Source: a virus
Length of the DNA stretch: 38,228 nt
IMG/VR virus record: IMGVR_UViG_3300029206_000010
Location: 1-38,228 of that record
Strand: one strand, 5' to 3'
In this document: piece after piece, positions 7,339 to 17,562 of the stretch
How positions within the stretch are numbered: the first letter of the stretch is position 1
Layout: every line of letters begins with the position of its first letter
Translations under genes and position numbers: made by a program
Notes under the pieces: model-generated
The model's database searches: none
The model's input: the letters and a program-made list of their open reading frames with translations, nothing else
Told to the model about the DNA's origin: nothing

Positions 7339-7880
7339 TGGAGTGGGCGGACGTAGGCCGCGCCGTGGCTAAGGCGGCGCCTGTGCTGGGGAGTGTCCTC
7401 GGCGGTCCCGTGGGCGCTATCGCCGGTGCGGCCGGCTCACTCATAGCGTCCGCGCTCGGGTGTGAGCCTGACCCCGCGGACGTGCAGCGCACCATAGCAC
7501 AGAGCCCTGACCTTCTCCTGAAGCTGAAGGATCTGGAGATCCAGCAGCAGGCGCAGCTCCTCCAGTGGCAGAGAGACCAGGTGCAGGCAGAGCTCACCGA
7601 CAGGATGAGTGCCCGCGACCGTGAGGTAGAGCTTGCCAAGACCGGTCACGGCGCAAGCTGGGCTACGTCCATAGTGGCGTGCATAGTCACCGTGGGCTTC
7701 TTTGTCATGCTCTGGGCCGTGCTCCACGGCGGAAAGGCTGAGCTCGGGGACGCAGGGCTGATGCTCCTGGGTACGCTCTCCTCCGCCTTCGGCGCCGTGG
7801 TGCAGTACTACCTCGGCAGCTCCCTCGGGAGCGCCAGCAAAGACGCTTACCTGAAAAAAGTGCAGGGGGGTGGCAGGTGA
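7338..7880 (+). CDS. holin, resembling the 3-TM GTA-type holin family (DUF3154-like)
   Basis: Gly-rich N-terminus, coiled-coil segment, then hydrophobic helices WATSIVACIVTVGFFVMLWAVL and GLMLLGTLSSAFGAVVQYYLG; ATGA overlap with lysozyme stop. Confidence 0.5.
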   Translation: MEWADVGRAVAKAAPVLGSVLGGPVGAIAGAAGSLIASALGCEPDPADVQRTIAQSPDLLLKLKDLEIQQQAQLLQWQRDQVQAELTDRMSARDREVELAKTGHGASWATSIVACIVTVGFFVMLWAVLHGGKAELGDAGLMLLGTLSSAFGAVVQYYLGSSLGSASKDAYLKKVQGGGR

Positions 7881-8170
7881 TGCACGACCTTTCCGGATGG
7901 TGGGAGCTTCTGAAGCTGTGCGCCCTTGGGGCGGCTTTCGGCCTTGTGGGCGGCGTGGTCCGCGTCATGCGGAAGGGCGTCCGTGGCTGGCTCGACCTGC
8001 TGACGCAGATAGTCGTGTCAGCTTTCTGCGGCGTGCTGGCTTTCTCGCTCCTCGCGGATGAGGTGCCTGACATAGCTCTGGTGGGGCTGTGCGGGATAGC
8101 CGGGAACTCCGGCGGCATGCTGCTGGACGCTCTGCGCTTCCGCCTTATAAAGAGGATGTATGACAGATGA
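7880..8170 (+). CDS. small membrane protein of lysis cassette (2-3 TM; second holin/antiholin candidate)
   Basis: Hydrophobic helices; start-stop overlaps on both sides. Confidence 0.5.
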   Translation: MHDLSGWWELLKLCALGAAFGLVGGVVRVMRKGVRGWLDLLTQIVVSAFCGVLAFSLLADEVPDIALVGLCGIAGNSGGMLLDALRFRLIKRMYDR

Positions 8171-8547
8171 GAGATGAGCATGTACCTACTGAGGAAAACC
8201 GGGCGCTCGTCCGCGCCCTGGCTAAGTATGGCGTGAGGCAGCGCGAAATAGCCGTGCAGATAGGGGTAAGTACAGGAACTTTGATCAAGTACTACAGCGC
8301 TGAGCTGGATGCCGGCATGGCTGAGGCCGCAGAGGGCCTTGCGAAGACTGCTTACCAGATGGCCATGGATGGCGATGTGCGGATGATGATTTTTCTCCTT
8401 AAGACGCGTCTTGGGTACAAAGAGACTACCCGCGTAGAGTGTTCCGGCCCCGATGGTGCGCCGATTAAGACTGAGCAGGCAATCAGGGTTACTTTTGTGC
8501 GGCCACATAAGAGGGCTGGGAGACCGAAGAAGTGCACAGAAAAGTAA
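8167..8547 (+). CDS. terS: terminase small subunit (HTH-containing)
   Basis: N-terminal HTH (ALAKYGVRQREIAVQIGVSTGTLIKYY), basic C-terminus, immediately upstream of and overlapping the large terminase. Confidence 0.65.
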   Translation: MRDEHVPTEENRALVRALAKYGVRQREIAVQIGVSTGTLIKYYSAELDAGMAEAAEGLAKTAYQMAMDGDVRMMIFLLKTRLGYKETTRVECSGPDGAPIKTEQAIRVTFVRPHKRAGRPKKCTEK

Positions 8548-9821
8548 TCCAACGGGTGGACGCCTTCTTCCCTGAGGCCTTCGAGGAGCTCTTCAAGCCG
8601 CATCGATACAAGGTCTTCTACGGCGGCCGAGGTGGCGGGAAAAGCCGTGCCTTCGCTTCCGCTCTGCTCATAGAGGGACGCCGCCGGCCTATCCGGTGCC
8701 TCTGCGCACGTGAGGTGCAGAACTCGATCCGGGACAGCGTGAAGCGCCTCCTCGACGACGAGATAGAACGCCTCGGGATGGGCGACTTCTATCAGTCTAC
8801 TGACGGGGAGATACGCGGGCTCAATGGCTCGCTCTTTATCTTTTCGGGCTTAAGGACAAGCCCCGAGCGGATCAAATCCTTCGAGGGCCTGACGCACTGC
8901 TGGATCGAGGAGGCAGAGACGGTATCGGAGAAGTCTCTGGACCTGCTTATCCCCACCATGCGCACGGCCGGCTCTGAGATCTGGATCTCCTTCAACCCCA
9001 ACCGGGTGCATGCTCCTGTCTGGCAGCGCTGGATAGTCCATACGCCGCCGCCCGGCTCGTATGTCCGCAAGGTGACGTGGCGCGACAACCCCTGGTTTCC
9101 GGATGTCCTCCGCCAAGAGATGGAGCACTGCCGGAAGACTGACCCGGACAAGTATGACTGCGTATGGGAGGGGAATCCGCTGCTCGTGGCGCAGGGCTCC
9201 TACTATGGCAAGATTCTTCAGGAAGCGGAAAGCGCCGGCCGCATCGGCTCGGTGCCGGTAGACCCGACACTGCTTGTGCATACGGCATGGGACCTCGGCA
9301 TGGCCGACAGTACCGCGATCTGGTTCTTCCAGTGGGTCTCGGACGGGACTTCCCGCGGACAGTACCGATTCATCGACTACTATGAGGCTTCTGGTGAAGG
9401 GCTGGCGCACTACGCGGAAGTCCTGGCAAAGAAAGGCTACCGCTACGGGCAGCACATAGCGCCGCATGACATCGCAGTTCGTGAGCTTGGGACAGGCGTT
9501 ACCCGCCTCGAGACTGCCCGCCGGCTGGGTATCGGCTTCACCGCCGCCCCCCAAATCCCCGTCATGGACGGCATAGAGAGTGTCCGGCAGGTGCTGGCGT
9601 CCTCGTATATCGATAAGGACCGGTGCGCACAGGGGCTTTCTGCGTTGTGGGGCTATCAGAGAGAGTACGACGAGGAGCACCAGTGCTTTCGCACGCAGCC
9701 GCTGCATGACTGGACTTCTCACGGGGCGGACGCCATGAGATACGCGGCCGTCGGTTTTATCCGCACAGACACGGGGGCTATGGAGCCTCTGAGACAGGGG
9801 GGTAGGCTGTCGATATGCTGA
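8532..9821 (+). CDS. terL: terminase large subunit
   Basis: Walker A YGGRGGGKS, WIEEAE Walker B-like, C-terminal RNaseH-like nuclease motifs (HDWTSHGADA); GTG start. Confidence 0.9.
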   Translation: MHRKVIQRVDAFFPEAFEELFKPHRYKVFYGGRGGGKSRAFASALLIEGRRRPIRCLCAREVQNSIRDSVKRLLDDEIERLGMGDFYQSTDGEIRGLNGSLFIFSGLRTSPERIKSFEGLTHCWIEEAETVSEKSLDLLIPTMRTAGSEIWISFNPNRVHAPVWQRWIVHTPPPGSYVRKVTWRDNPWFPDVLRQEMEHCRKTDPDKYDCVWEGNPLLVAQGSYYGKILQEAESAGRIGSVPVDPTLLVHTAWDLGMADSTAIWFFQWVSDGTSRGQYRFIDYYEASGEGLAHYAEVLAKKGYRYGQHIAPHDIAVRELGTGVTRLETARRLGIGFTAAPQIPVMDGIESVRQVLASSYIDKDRCAQGLSALWGYQREYDEEHQCFRTQPLHDWTSHGADAMRYAAVGFIRTDTGAMEPLRQGGRLSIC

Positions 9822-11926
9822 CAGACATACAGGACAAAATCAGGAAGATCATAATCCGGGAAAGCGCCTCCGCTATCGGGGCTCCGGGCGGGCGGCTTTC
9901 CGCTGACCGCGCGAAGCTCAAAAAACGCTATCTCGGCTACGGCTATGGCGTTGACGACGACCGCGAGAAGCGCCGTCTCTCCACCTACGTAGACCGTACC
10001 GTGATGGAGACGGTAGAGTGGGCCATGCCAGGACTGATGCGTGTCTTCGCAGGTGGGGACGAGATTATCCGTTTCGAGCCGCGCACGCCCGCTCAGGAGC
10101 AGGCCGCCGCTGACGCCACACTCTATGTAAATCAGGTGGTTTTTGGGCGCAGCATGTTCCGACTTATCCATGACACGCTCAAGGACGGTCTGTATCAGCG
10201 TGTGGGGTGGTGCCTCGCACACGCTCCGCGGGAAGAGCATCAGACGGTTGACCGCTTTGACGGCCTGTCGCCCGATGAGGCGCAGGCCCTGATTGCCGAC
10301 ACGGAAGCCCGTGGCGGCGTGGCTGAGGTGGAGCAGTACCCTGACCCGTCCGTACCGGGCGGTATGGCATGCGCCGTGACCGTGCGCACAAAGACGGTCA
10401 CGCATGACGTGCGCCTTGACCCCGTACCCTCGGAAAATGTGCTTGTTTCGTCTGAGGCTGAGGACGTGGAGCATGCACGTTTCATTGCACACTGGGAAGT
10501 CAGGACGGCCACGCAGCTAATGCAGGAAGGGTACAGCCGGGCCGTGATTGAAGAACTTCCCGTTTACGGCTCCGATGATGATCCCGAAGAGAAGGTGATC
10601 GGGCAGGAAGTGAATACCTCCTCCAGCACAGAGGACGACACGGAAGCCGCGGAAAGCCGGCGCTATAAAGTATATGAGGCGTGGCTGGACGTTGATCTGA
10701 ACGGCGACGGCATGGCGGAGAAGGCTAAGGTCGTATACGTAGGCGATGGCTCGGACACTAAGATCCTTTCCGTGGAAGAGTGGCCGCTGTACCGTGCGCC
10801 GCTTTTCGCGGCCTGCTCCGTGCCTATGCCGCATCAGGTGGTGGGGCTCTGCCTCGCTGACCTCGTGAGCGATGTGCAGGACCTGCGCACTGACCTTACC
10901 CGCTCCTATCTGGACGCGCTGAGCTTTTCCAACGCCGGTGAACTTGTGGCCGACTACGGCCCAAACCAAACCGGGTGGATAGACATAGACTCTCTTCTCT
11001 CCCGTGGGCCGGGCGCTGTGCACCGTGTGCGTGGCGGCGCCTCCATATCTCCGCTCCCCGTGGCTACGTCCGCGTCTGAGGCTGTGCAGGGCCTCCAGCT
11101 GACGGATCAGCTTGTGGAGCGGCGATCCGGCGTCACGTCCCGCACACAAAGCCTTGACGCTGATACCCTCCAGAACACGGCCACGGGCGCCTCTATCATG
11201 GAAGAGGCCATCAATCAGCGGCTGGAGATGATAGCGCGCGTCTACGCTGAAATGTTCTTTAAGCCTCTTGGCCGGTACGTGCTGAATCTCCTGCACCGTT
11301 ACCACGACAAAGCCGTGCAGGTGCGTCTTAAGGGCCGCTTCATGGACTTTGACCCGCGGAAATGGGACCCGGATATGGATATATCTGTAGCCGTGGGGCT
11401 TGGCACGGGAAGCAGGCAGAAAATGCTTGCCTCGTACCAGCAGATACTCCAGGTGCAGCAGGCCTTTATCGCTCAGCTCGGCGCAAACTCGCCTGTTCAT
11501 CTCAGCAATATCATCTACACCTGCCATAAAATGGTAGAGGCGGCCGGTCTGGAAGCACCGGAGCGGTTCTTCGGCACGGAAGAAGACGCGAAACGGGCTG
11601 AACAGCTTATCCTCCAGCAAAAACAGGCCGGGCAGGGTATGGACCCGCTTACGGCGGCAAAAGTCCAGGTGGAAAAGGTCAAAGCGCAAACCGCGCTCCA
11701 GAAAGCCCAGCTCGACATGCAGATCAAGCAGGCACAAGCACAGAATGACGCTTCCGGCAAGGCTGCAAAAGCACAGACGGACGCCTCCGTGCAGGCGGCG
11801 AAAGTCCAGGCTAACGCGGCCCTGAAAGCGCAGGAAATGAAGCTGGAAAAACAGCTCGACTACGCCCGCCTTATGCAGGGGCAAAGAGGCCCCGGGCTTA
11901 CCGACATTAAGGAGGAGTCTGTATGA
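9815..11926 (+). CDS. portal protein (703 aa) with C-terminal coiled-coil/Gln-Ala-rich extension
   Basis: Position after TerL, size, and KAQ-repeat C-terminus like P22-type portal barrel. Confidence 0.8.
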   Translation: MLTDIQDKIRKIIIRESASAIGAPGGRLSADRAKLKKRYLGYGYGVDDDREKRRLSTYVDRTVMETVEWAMPGLMRVFAGGDEIIRFEPRTPAQEQAAADATLYVNQVVFGRSMFRLIHDTLKDGLYQRVGWCLAHAPREEHQTVDRFDGLSPDEAQALIADTEARGGVAEVEQYPDPSVPGGMACAVTVRTKTVTHDVRLDPVPSENVLVSSEAEDVEHARFIAHWEVRTATQLMQEGYSRAVIEELPVYGSDDDPEEKVIGQEVNTSSSTEDDTEAAESRRYKVYEAWLDVDLNGDGMAEKAKVVYVGDGSDTKILSVEEWPLYRAPLFAACSVPMPHQVVGLCLADLVSDVQDLRTDLTRSYLDALSFSNAGELVADYGPNQTGWIDIDSLLSRGPGAVHRVRGGASISPLPVATSASEAVQGLQLTDQLVERRSGVTSRTQSLDADTLQNTATGASIMEEAINQRLEMIARVYAEMFFKPLGRYVLNLLHRYHDKAVQVRLKGRFMDFDPRKWDPDMDISVAVGLGTGSRQKMLASYQQILQVQQAFIAQLGANSPVHLSNIIYTCHKMVEAAGLEAPERFFGTEEDAKRAEQLILQQKQAGQGMDPLTAAKVQVEKVKAQTALQKAQLDMQIKQAQAQNDASGKAAKAQTDASVQAAKVQANAALKAQEMKLEKQLDYARLMQGQRGPGLTDIKEESV

Positions 11927-12204
11927 CGGTCACACAGAAAGACAGAGAGAACGCGGAAATGGCGTATCGCATTCTTACGAGCCCCGTTTTTATCGGGGCC
12001 ATGAAAAAGGTGGAGCACGGCATATGTTCCCGCTGGAAGGGTGAGCAGTCCACCAAAGAGCGTGAAGCCCTGTGGCGTGACCTGCAGGCGCTCCACAGGG
12101 TGCAGGCCTGCCTTCTTCAAACGCTTGAGGATGTAGCCTTTTCCACAAAAGACAACGTGTTCCTCAATATGTTGAATAAAATCAGAAAATTATGTAGAGG
12201 TTAG
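11923..12204 (+). CDS. hypothetical protein between portal and scaffold
   Basis: Strong RBS aaggaggag; 93 aa. Confidence 0.55.
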   Translation: MTVTQKDRENAEMAYRILTSPVFIGAMKKVEHGICSRWKGEQSTKEREALWRDLQALHRVQACLLQTLEDVAFSTKDNVFLNMLNKIRKLCRG

Positions 12205-12206
12205 CT

Positions 12207-13205
12207 ATGCCGGAAGAAGAAAAGAATATCCCTACCACCGGAGCCGAAGAATCCCCCGCGCTGGATAGCGTAGATGACATTGCTTCCGCTCTGGAGCAGG
12301 ATAACGGCGGCGATACAGCCACCGGAGAAGACGGGCAGGCCCCTGAGAATGGGGAACAGGCGTCCGCAGGTGAAGAACAACATCCTGAAGGTACTGAAGA
12401 ACAGGCCGGGAATCAGGATGAAGGGGCAGACAATCAGCAGGCTGAACCGGCTGAGGTCCCCATGCCGGAAGGCTTCAGCGCTGATACCTGGGGCAAACTT
12501 GCCCCCGATGCCCGCTCGGCCGTGCATGCCATGGCGGAAGCCCATGCACAGGCCATAGCGCAGGAGCGGCAGACCGTCCTTAATGAGCGCGCGGACCGCG
12601 ACAACCAGATCAACGCCGCGGCAAACCTGCTCGGGCAGGCAAACCAGCTCATAGAGGCAATCGTCAATGCTGAGTACTCCGGCGTTGACTGGCAGGCCCT
12701 GAGCGAACAGAACCCGTCGGAGTACATCAGAATGGCGCGGGAAGCACAGAAGAGGACGGACGCTGTGCAGGCGCTCGGCGCCCGTATCAGGCAGACAGCG
12801 CAGGCCATAGCCGCCAAACGCGCGCAGGAATATCAGCAGAGCCTCACCGCTGAGTATCAGACCGTTGAGCCAAAAATCCGTGCCCTTATCGGGGACGGCT
12901 ATGATGGCAAGACGTATACGGCTGAGGTCTACCAGTACATGAAGGACGCGGGAGTGCCGGACAAGGCTATCAACGGCCTTTCCAAGGGGTATGAGCTGGA
13001 GCTTGTCACTAAGGCAATGCTCTACGACAAAATGGCCAAAGCCCGCGCTACGGCGGCACAGAAGGTAGCGGAAGCACCCAAGGTGCAGGCTCCCTCCGGA
13101 GTGAGGGACGACACCGCTTCTGTCCAGAAACAGGCCTTCGCTCATTTTCACAAAAACCCAAACAGTACAGATGCACTTGCGGCCGCTCTCGCGGCTATGG
13201 ACTAA
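12207..13205 (+). CDS. scaffolding protein
   Basis: Acidic low-complexity N-terminus, extended Ala/Gln-rich coiled coil, position directly upstream of capsid gene. Confidence 0.7.
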   Translation: MPEEEKNIPTTGAEESPALDSVDDIASALEQDNGGDTATGEDGQAPENGEQASAGEEQHPEGTEEQAGNQDEGADNQQAEPAEVPMPEGFSADTWGKLAPDARSAVHAMAEAHAQAIAQERQTVLNERADRDNQINAAANLLGQANQLIEAIVNAEYSGVDWQALSEQNPSEYIRMAREAQKRTDAVQALGARIRQTAQAIAAKRAQEYQQSLTAEYQTVEPKIRALIGDGYDGKTYTAEVYQYMKDAGVPDKAINGLSKGYELELVTKAMLYDKMAKARATAAQKVAEAPKVQAPSGVRDDTASVQKQAFAHFHKNPNSTDALAAALAAMD

Positions 13206-13217
13206 TAGGAGGATTAT

Positions 13218-14168
13218 ATGGCTACAGTGAGCGGACAGATTAAGGATGCCAACGTTAACGGCAAACCCAGAGACCTTTCCAAACTGATTTTTGACGTGTC
13301 CCCTACGGACACCCCCTTCCTTACTATGTGCGGGCGCACTACCGCGTCCCAGACACTACATGAATGGCAGACGGACGCCCTGACAGCTCCCGGCGCCAAC
13401 GCACAGAAAGAAGGTATTGACGTTACCACTTTTGCCGGCTCCAACACGACGGAGCTTAGCAATAAGACCCAGATTCTGATGAAGGCCGTAAGCGTGTCCG
13501 GCACTGCACAGGCCGTTGTGCAGAACGGCGTGAGCGGGCAGTACACTCACCAGATGGCCCTTAGGATGAAAGAGATTAAAAAGGATCTGGAATTCGCTCT
13601 GCTGAGCAATCAGCTTTCCGCCGGAGAGAGCACAAGTGGCAGGGTGATGACGGGCCTTCCCTGCTGGCTTACCACCAACTTTGCGGGCGGCGCTTCCGGC
13701 ACGGCCGCTACTTCTTCCTCTGCCTGCACGGCCGGTACGGCCCGTGTGCCGACTGAGGCCCTGCTGAAGGCTCTGCTTACCAGCATTTATAATTCTGGTG
13801 GAAATCCCAAAACTATTATGATGGCACCTGACATCAGGGTTAAAATGTCTGAGGTGCTGACCGGCGGAAGCACCAAGATGGAAAAGGCGGAAATGAAAAA
13901 GGCTACGGCCGTTATCGACGTCTACGTTTCCGATTTTGGCGCCCTGAAGCTCGTGCCGAACAGGGTTCAGGCCTATGTGACTTACTCCAAGGGCTGCGCT
14001 TTCGTTCTCGACCCTGAGTACTGGAAGGTGGCCTTCCTGCGCCCGTTCCAGGAACAGCGCCTCGCCGTAACCGGCGATTCCGAAAAGGGCTTTATCGTGG
14101 CTGAAGCTACGCTTGAGGCACGCAACGAAGCCTCTTCCGGCGTCCTTGCTGACCTGAAGGCCGCCTAG
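13218..14168 (+). CDS. major capsid protein
   Basis: Strong RBS taggagga; 316 aa; position after scaffold; followed by stable hairpin. Confidence 0.75.
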   Translation: MATVSGQIKDANVNGKPRDLSKLIFDVSPTDTPFLTMCGRTTASQTLHEWQTDALTAPGANAQKEGIDVTTFAGSNTTELSNKTQILMKAVSVSGTAQAVVQNGVSGQYTHQMALRMKEIKKDLEFALLSNQLSAGESTSGRVMTGLPCWLTTNFAGGASGTAATSSSACTAGTARVPTEALLKALLTSIYNSGGNPKTIMMAPDIRVKMSEVLTGGSTKMEKAEMKKATAVIDVYVSDFGALKLVPNRVQAYVTYSKGCAFVLDPEYWKVAFLRPFQEQRLAVTGDSEKGFIVAEATLEARNEASSGVLADLKAA

Positions 14169-14175
14169 CTTTTGC

Positions 14176-14205
14176 GGGGCCTGCCTTCGGGCGGGCCCTT
14201 TCTGG
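14176..14205 (+). terminator. hairpin with UUCG tetraloop (gggccugcc-UUCG-ggcgggccc) and short T-tract; putative partial terminator after capsid gene
   Basis: Read directly; G-U wobble completes a 9-bp stem. Confidence 0.45.
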
Positions 14206-14212
14206 AGGATAC

Positions 14213-14542
14213 ATGAGCGTCAATCTTCAGCAGGGGAAAGCCGGGCAGATCCTTGAACACCGCGATGACGGCGTGACGGATTATGTGACAGAAGACTTCC
14301 GCCTTTTCCGTGAGCAGGACGTCACGGACATTCTGCGGCTGAATAAGGCCGCCCGTGACCGTGACCGGTTTCAGGGGTTCAGGATCGCGCCTACGTTCCG
14401 CAAGGTGGCAAGCATCCCCGTGGCCGCCGTGGACATTGCCAGGGCACAGGGGCTCGACATTCTCAATAATCCCGATGACATGCGGAAGTTCCTGAATGAC
14501 CCGATGAACCGGGCGTTCCGCACCACAAATGAGGTGGTGTAA
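14213..14542 (+). CDS. hypothetical virion-associated protein
   Basis: RBS tggagga; 109 aa. Confidence 0.55.
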   Translation: MSVNLQQGKAGQILEHRDDGVTDYVTEDFRLFREQDVTDILRLNKAARDRDRFQGFRIAPTFRKVASIPVAAVDIARAQGLDILNNPDDMRKFLNDPMNRAFRTTNEVV

Positions 14543-15192
14543 TGGCTGACCTCACGACTTATGAGGGTCTGAAAGCGGCTATAGCTGACTACCTGGGGCG
14601 GGAAGATCTCACGGAGCGTATCCCTGTTTTTATCCGTATGTGGGAGCAGCGCGGCAACAGGACCCTGCGCCTGCGCGCTATGGAGCACAGGGCGCACGCC
14701 TCCCTGCCTAAGGGGCAGGGGCAGATGCCGCTTCCGATGAAACGCATTGCCGGACAGTGGGACGTCTTTCTTGAAATGCGGGATATTGTCTGGACGCCTT
14801 CAGACGGAAACGGAAGCGTCAATCTGTGGTACGCTTCCCCGGATGAGTATGCCGTGCTTCTGGAGCGGACGGGAAAGCCTTACAGCTTCACCATTGAAGC
14901 CAATGACCTTTTCCTGCTGCCTACGCCTGATGAGGCGGGGAAACTCCAGCTGACCTACTACGCAGAGATACCGCCTCTCGGGGACGAACAGCCTGACAAT
15001 GAGATCCTTCTGAGGCACCCTGACCTGTATCTCTACGGCTCCCTCGTGGAGTCGGCGGTCTTCACCAGAGGGAGCGTCCCGCTCGACATGTGGGCGCAGT
15101 ACTATCGGCAGGCGGTAGCGGACATCAGCCAGCAGGAAACGCAGGCGAGATACCCGAAGAACATCAGCATGCGGCCCATGAGGAGGATTTAG
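14542..15192 (+). CDS. structural protein, putative head-tail adaptor (P22 gp4-like position)
   Basis: Gene order and size only. Confidence 0.45.
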   Translation: MADLTTYEGLKAAIADYLGREDLTERIPVFIRMWEQRGNRTLRLRAMEHRAHASLPKGQGQMPLPMKRIAGQWDVFLEMRDIVWTPSDGNGSVNLWYASPDEYAVLLERTGKPYSFTIEANDLFLLPTPDEAGKLQLTYYAEIPPLGDEQPDNEILLRHPDLYLYGSLVESAVFTRGSVPLDMWAQYYRQAVADISQQETQARYPKNISMRPMRRI

Positions 15193-15567
15193 ATGAGCCT
15201 TACAAATTATGGCGAAACCTACGTGCTCGGCTTGGTTAAGGCCGCGAAAACCTACTACCTCGGCGTACTGACGGCCCAGCCTTCAGACAGTTCAGCCGGA
15301 ACGGAAGTGTCCGGTGGAGCGTATGCCAGGCAGGCGATCACGTTTGCGTCGCCGGTATCCGGCGATCCTTCCAGCATGACCAATGCCGCCGCAATAGAAT
15401 TTCCCACAGCTACGGCAGGATGGGGAACCGTGGTCGCGTGGGGCGTGTATGACGCCGCTACGGGCGGAAACCTCGTGTGGTACGGCGCCCTGTCCACGGC
15501 TAAAGAGCTGTCCGCGAACGATACAATTATTGTCCACGCCGGCGACCTGAAACTTACTCTTGACTAA
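15193..15567 (+). CDS. conserved phage structural protein
   Basis: RBS aggagg; 124 aa. Confidence 0.5.
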   Translation: MSLTNYGETYVLGLVKAAKTYYLGVLTAQPSDSSAGTEVSGGAYARQAITFASPVSGDPSSMTNAAAIEFPTATAGWGTVVAWGVYDAATGGNLVWYGALSTAKELSANDTIIVHAGDLKLTLD

Positions 15568-16088
15568 TGCGCGACTTCACCCTCGAAGACTTTGACCGCC
15601 ATTTCGGCGCCGACATAGACGGCATGGGGACCGTCTCTCTGGATGCCCCCTATATCGCCGGAGATGACGCTGTATTCAATGCCGTGTCGGGGGAAAATGA
15701 AAGGCTTGTCCGCGCAAGACGTTATAGCCCAACGGGCCATGCACAGACTGACGGCACGTTCTTCACCCGCAGGGCATGGGTGCCGGGAGATGCCATTGTA
15801 CCGTGCGCTATTCTGTCAGGCGGCGGCCTCACCTACAGGCGCGGGGCCGTGTACACGGCGGCGGCTGGTGCCGCAAGCGGCGAATCCTTCAGCTATATCA
15901 GAGTGCGTTTTTTTGCCTGCCCTGATGACTGGGGAACGGGGCAGCAGCTGCGCTTTACCTTCCGCGGCTGGGCATGGTCTCCGGAAGACCGCGTTACGGG
16001 TGTGTGGACTGAAGATGAGCGCCCCAACGGCGTATGGGTGCGCACCGGCACATTTTCGCAGCAGACGGGGGGGGTATTGAGTGAGTAA
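15567..16088 (+). CDS. hypothetical structural protein
   Basis: TAATG overlap coupling; 173 aa. Confidence 0.5.
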   Translation: MRDFTLEDFDRHFGADIDGMGTVSLDAPYIAGDDAVFNAVSGENERLVRARRYSPTGHAQTDGTFFTRRAWVPGDAIVPCAILSGGGLTYRRGAVYTAAAGAASGESFSYIRVRFFACPDDWGTGQQLRFTFRGWAWSPEDRVTGVWTEDERPNGVWVRTGTFSQQTGGVLSE

Positions 16089-17562
16089 TCAGGCTAAAAA
16101 GGTTCTCCTGCAATTCGGGGCATGGGAGCCGGACGATGTACTTCTCAATGGGCAGCAGGCGCCGGAAGCCCGCAATGTCATCCCGGGCAAGCGCGGCTAC
16201 AGGTATATGCCGGGTGTGTCCCGCCTCTCTTTTCCCCAGCTGCCGGGCGGGCGGTGCCTCGCGGCCTGCACGCTCCGCGATGTCAACGGCGATCTGCTCA
16301 CGCTCGCCGCTTCTTCCTCCGGCCCCGTGTACGCCCTGCAGGGCGGCGAATGGGTAGCCAAGCTCACAGACGAGACAGTAAGCACCAACCGCGTTTTCGC
16401 GAACTGGGGGCCGTCTCTATATATGCTCTACGGGACGAGCCTGTATAAATCCACCGTCTCGGGCGGGTTCGGTGATTTTTCCGCTGTCTCGGACGCGCCT
16501 ACCGCCCAATGCATGGCGATTGTGAAGGAGTTCCTTGTTCTCGGGGATCTGACTGGGAACAGGCAGCGTATCCGCTGGTCGGCTATGGATGACCCTGACA
16601 CGTGGCCGGAGCCTGGCACGGATGACGCCGCAGCGAAGCAGTCAGACTACCAGCATTTCCCAGAGGGCGGCCGCGTTATGGCCGTCATGGGCGCCGTGGG
16701 GCAGACTGACGGAGTTGTATTCCTGGAGCGGAGCGTTCAGCGGATGACCTACGTTGGGCCGCCCTACATTTTCAATTTCCACCAGATAGACGCCGTGCGC
16801 GGCCTGCTCGCGCCCAAGAGCCCCGTTAATTTTGGCGGCGGGTGTATTTATCTGTCAGATGATGGCTGGTACATCACTGATGGGTCTTCCACTAAAGCCC
16901 TCGGGATTGAGCGCATCGATACGTGGTTCTTTTCGCAGGTTGAACATACGCGGATTCCCGAAATCACCGGCTGGCATGACCCCGTAAACCGTATCTGCAT
17001 CTGGGCTTTCCCCTCCAAAGTGGCGGAAGCCGGCGTATTGGACAGAGTACTTATCTATTCCTACGACCTCGATAAGTGGTCATACGGCATTCTTTCCGTG
17101 CAGACGCTCTTCGGGGATTACGCCCGCGGCGAAACGCTCGATGACCTCGATAAGTACGGCACACTGGACGCGCTTCCCTTTGGTTCGCTGGACGTACCGG
17201 CATTCATGACAGGCCGTTCCCTGATGGGCTGTTTTGATTCCGAAGGATACATGGGCGTTCTAAACGGGAAGCCGCTAGAGGCTGTCATAGAGACGCAGGA
17301 AATAGGCGGAGACCGTATGATGGTTCACGGCCTGCGTCCGCTTGTGGACCGCGGGGACGCAAAAGCGCTCCCCATATACAGGACGAGACAGCAGGAACAG
17401 CCGAAATACGGGCCGCTCCGCTCACAGAGCAGGGACGGCGTATGCTACCAGCATATCAGCACGAACTATCTGTCAGCCCGTGTCGTGATACCTGGCGGCG
17501 GTACGGCATGGCGTGACGCTCACGGGGTAGAGGCCCTGATTGAGCCTGAAGGGGGTATGTAA
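16081..17562 (+). CDS. large structural protein, putative tail hub (P22 gp10-like size/position)
   Basis: 493 aa; gene order. Confidence 0.45.
   Translation: MSNQAKKVLLQFGAWEPDDVLLNGQQAPEARNVIPGKRGYRYMPGVSRLSFPQLPGGRCLAACTLRDVNGDLLTLAASSSGPVYALQGGEWVAKLTDETVSTNRVFANWGPSLYMLYGTSLYKSTVSGGFGDFSAVSDAPTAQCMAIVKEFLVLGDLTGNRQRIRWSAMDDPDTWPEPGTDDAAAKQSDYQHFPEGGRVMAVMGAVGQTDGVVFLERSVQRMTYVGPPYIFNFHQIDAVRGLLAPKSPVNFGGGCIYLSDDGWYITDGSSTKALGIERIDTWFFSQVEHTRIPEITGWHDPVNRICIWAFPSKVAEAGVLDRVLIYSYDLDKWSYGILSVQTLFGDYARGETLDDLDKYGTLDALPFGSLDVPAFMTGRSLMGCFDSEGYMGVLNGKPLEAVIETQEIGGDRMMVHGLRPLVDRGDAKALPIYRTRQQEQPKYGPLRSQSRDGVCYQHISTNYLSARVVIPGGGTAWRDAHGVEALIEPEGGM

Noticed and set aside
8850-11884. Long minus-strand ORFs (8850..9722, 9719..10492, 10517..11884) opposite terminase and portal
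   Set aside because: Low-complexity R/G/P-rich translations. The plus-strand genes have recognisable terminase motifs and coupled starts.
12201-13151. 316-aa minus-strand ORF opposite the scaffold gene
   Set aside because: Shadow ORF. The scaffold has an RBS and coiled-coil composition.
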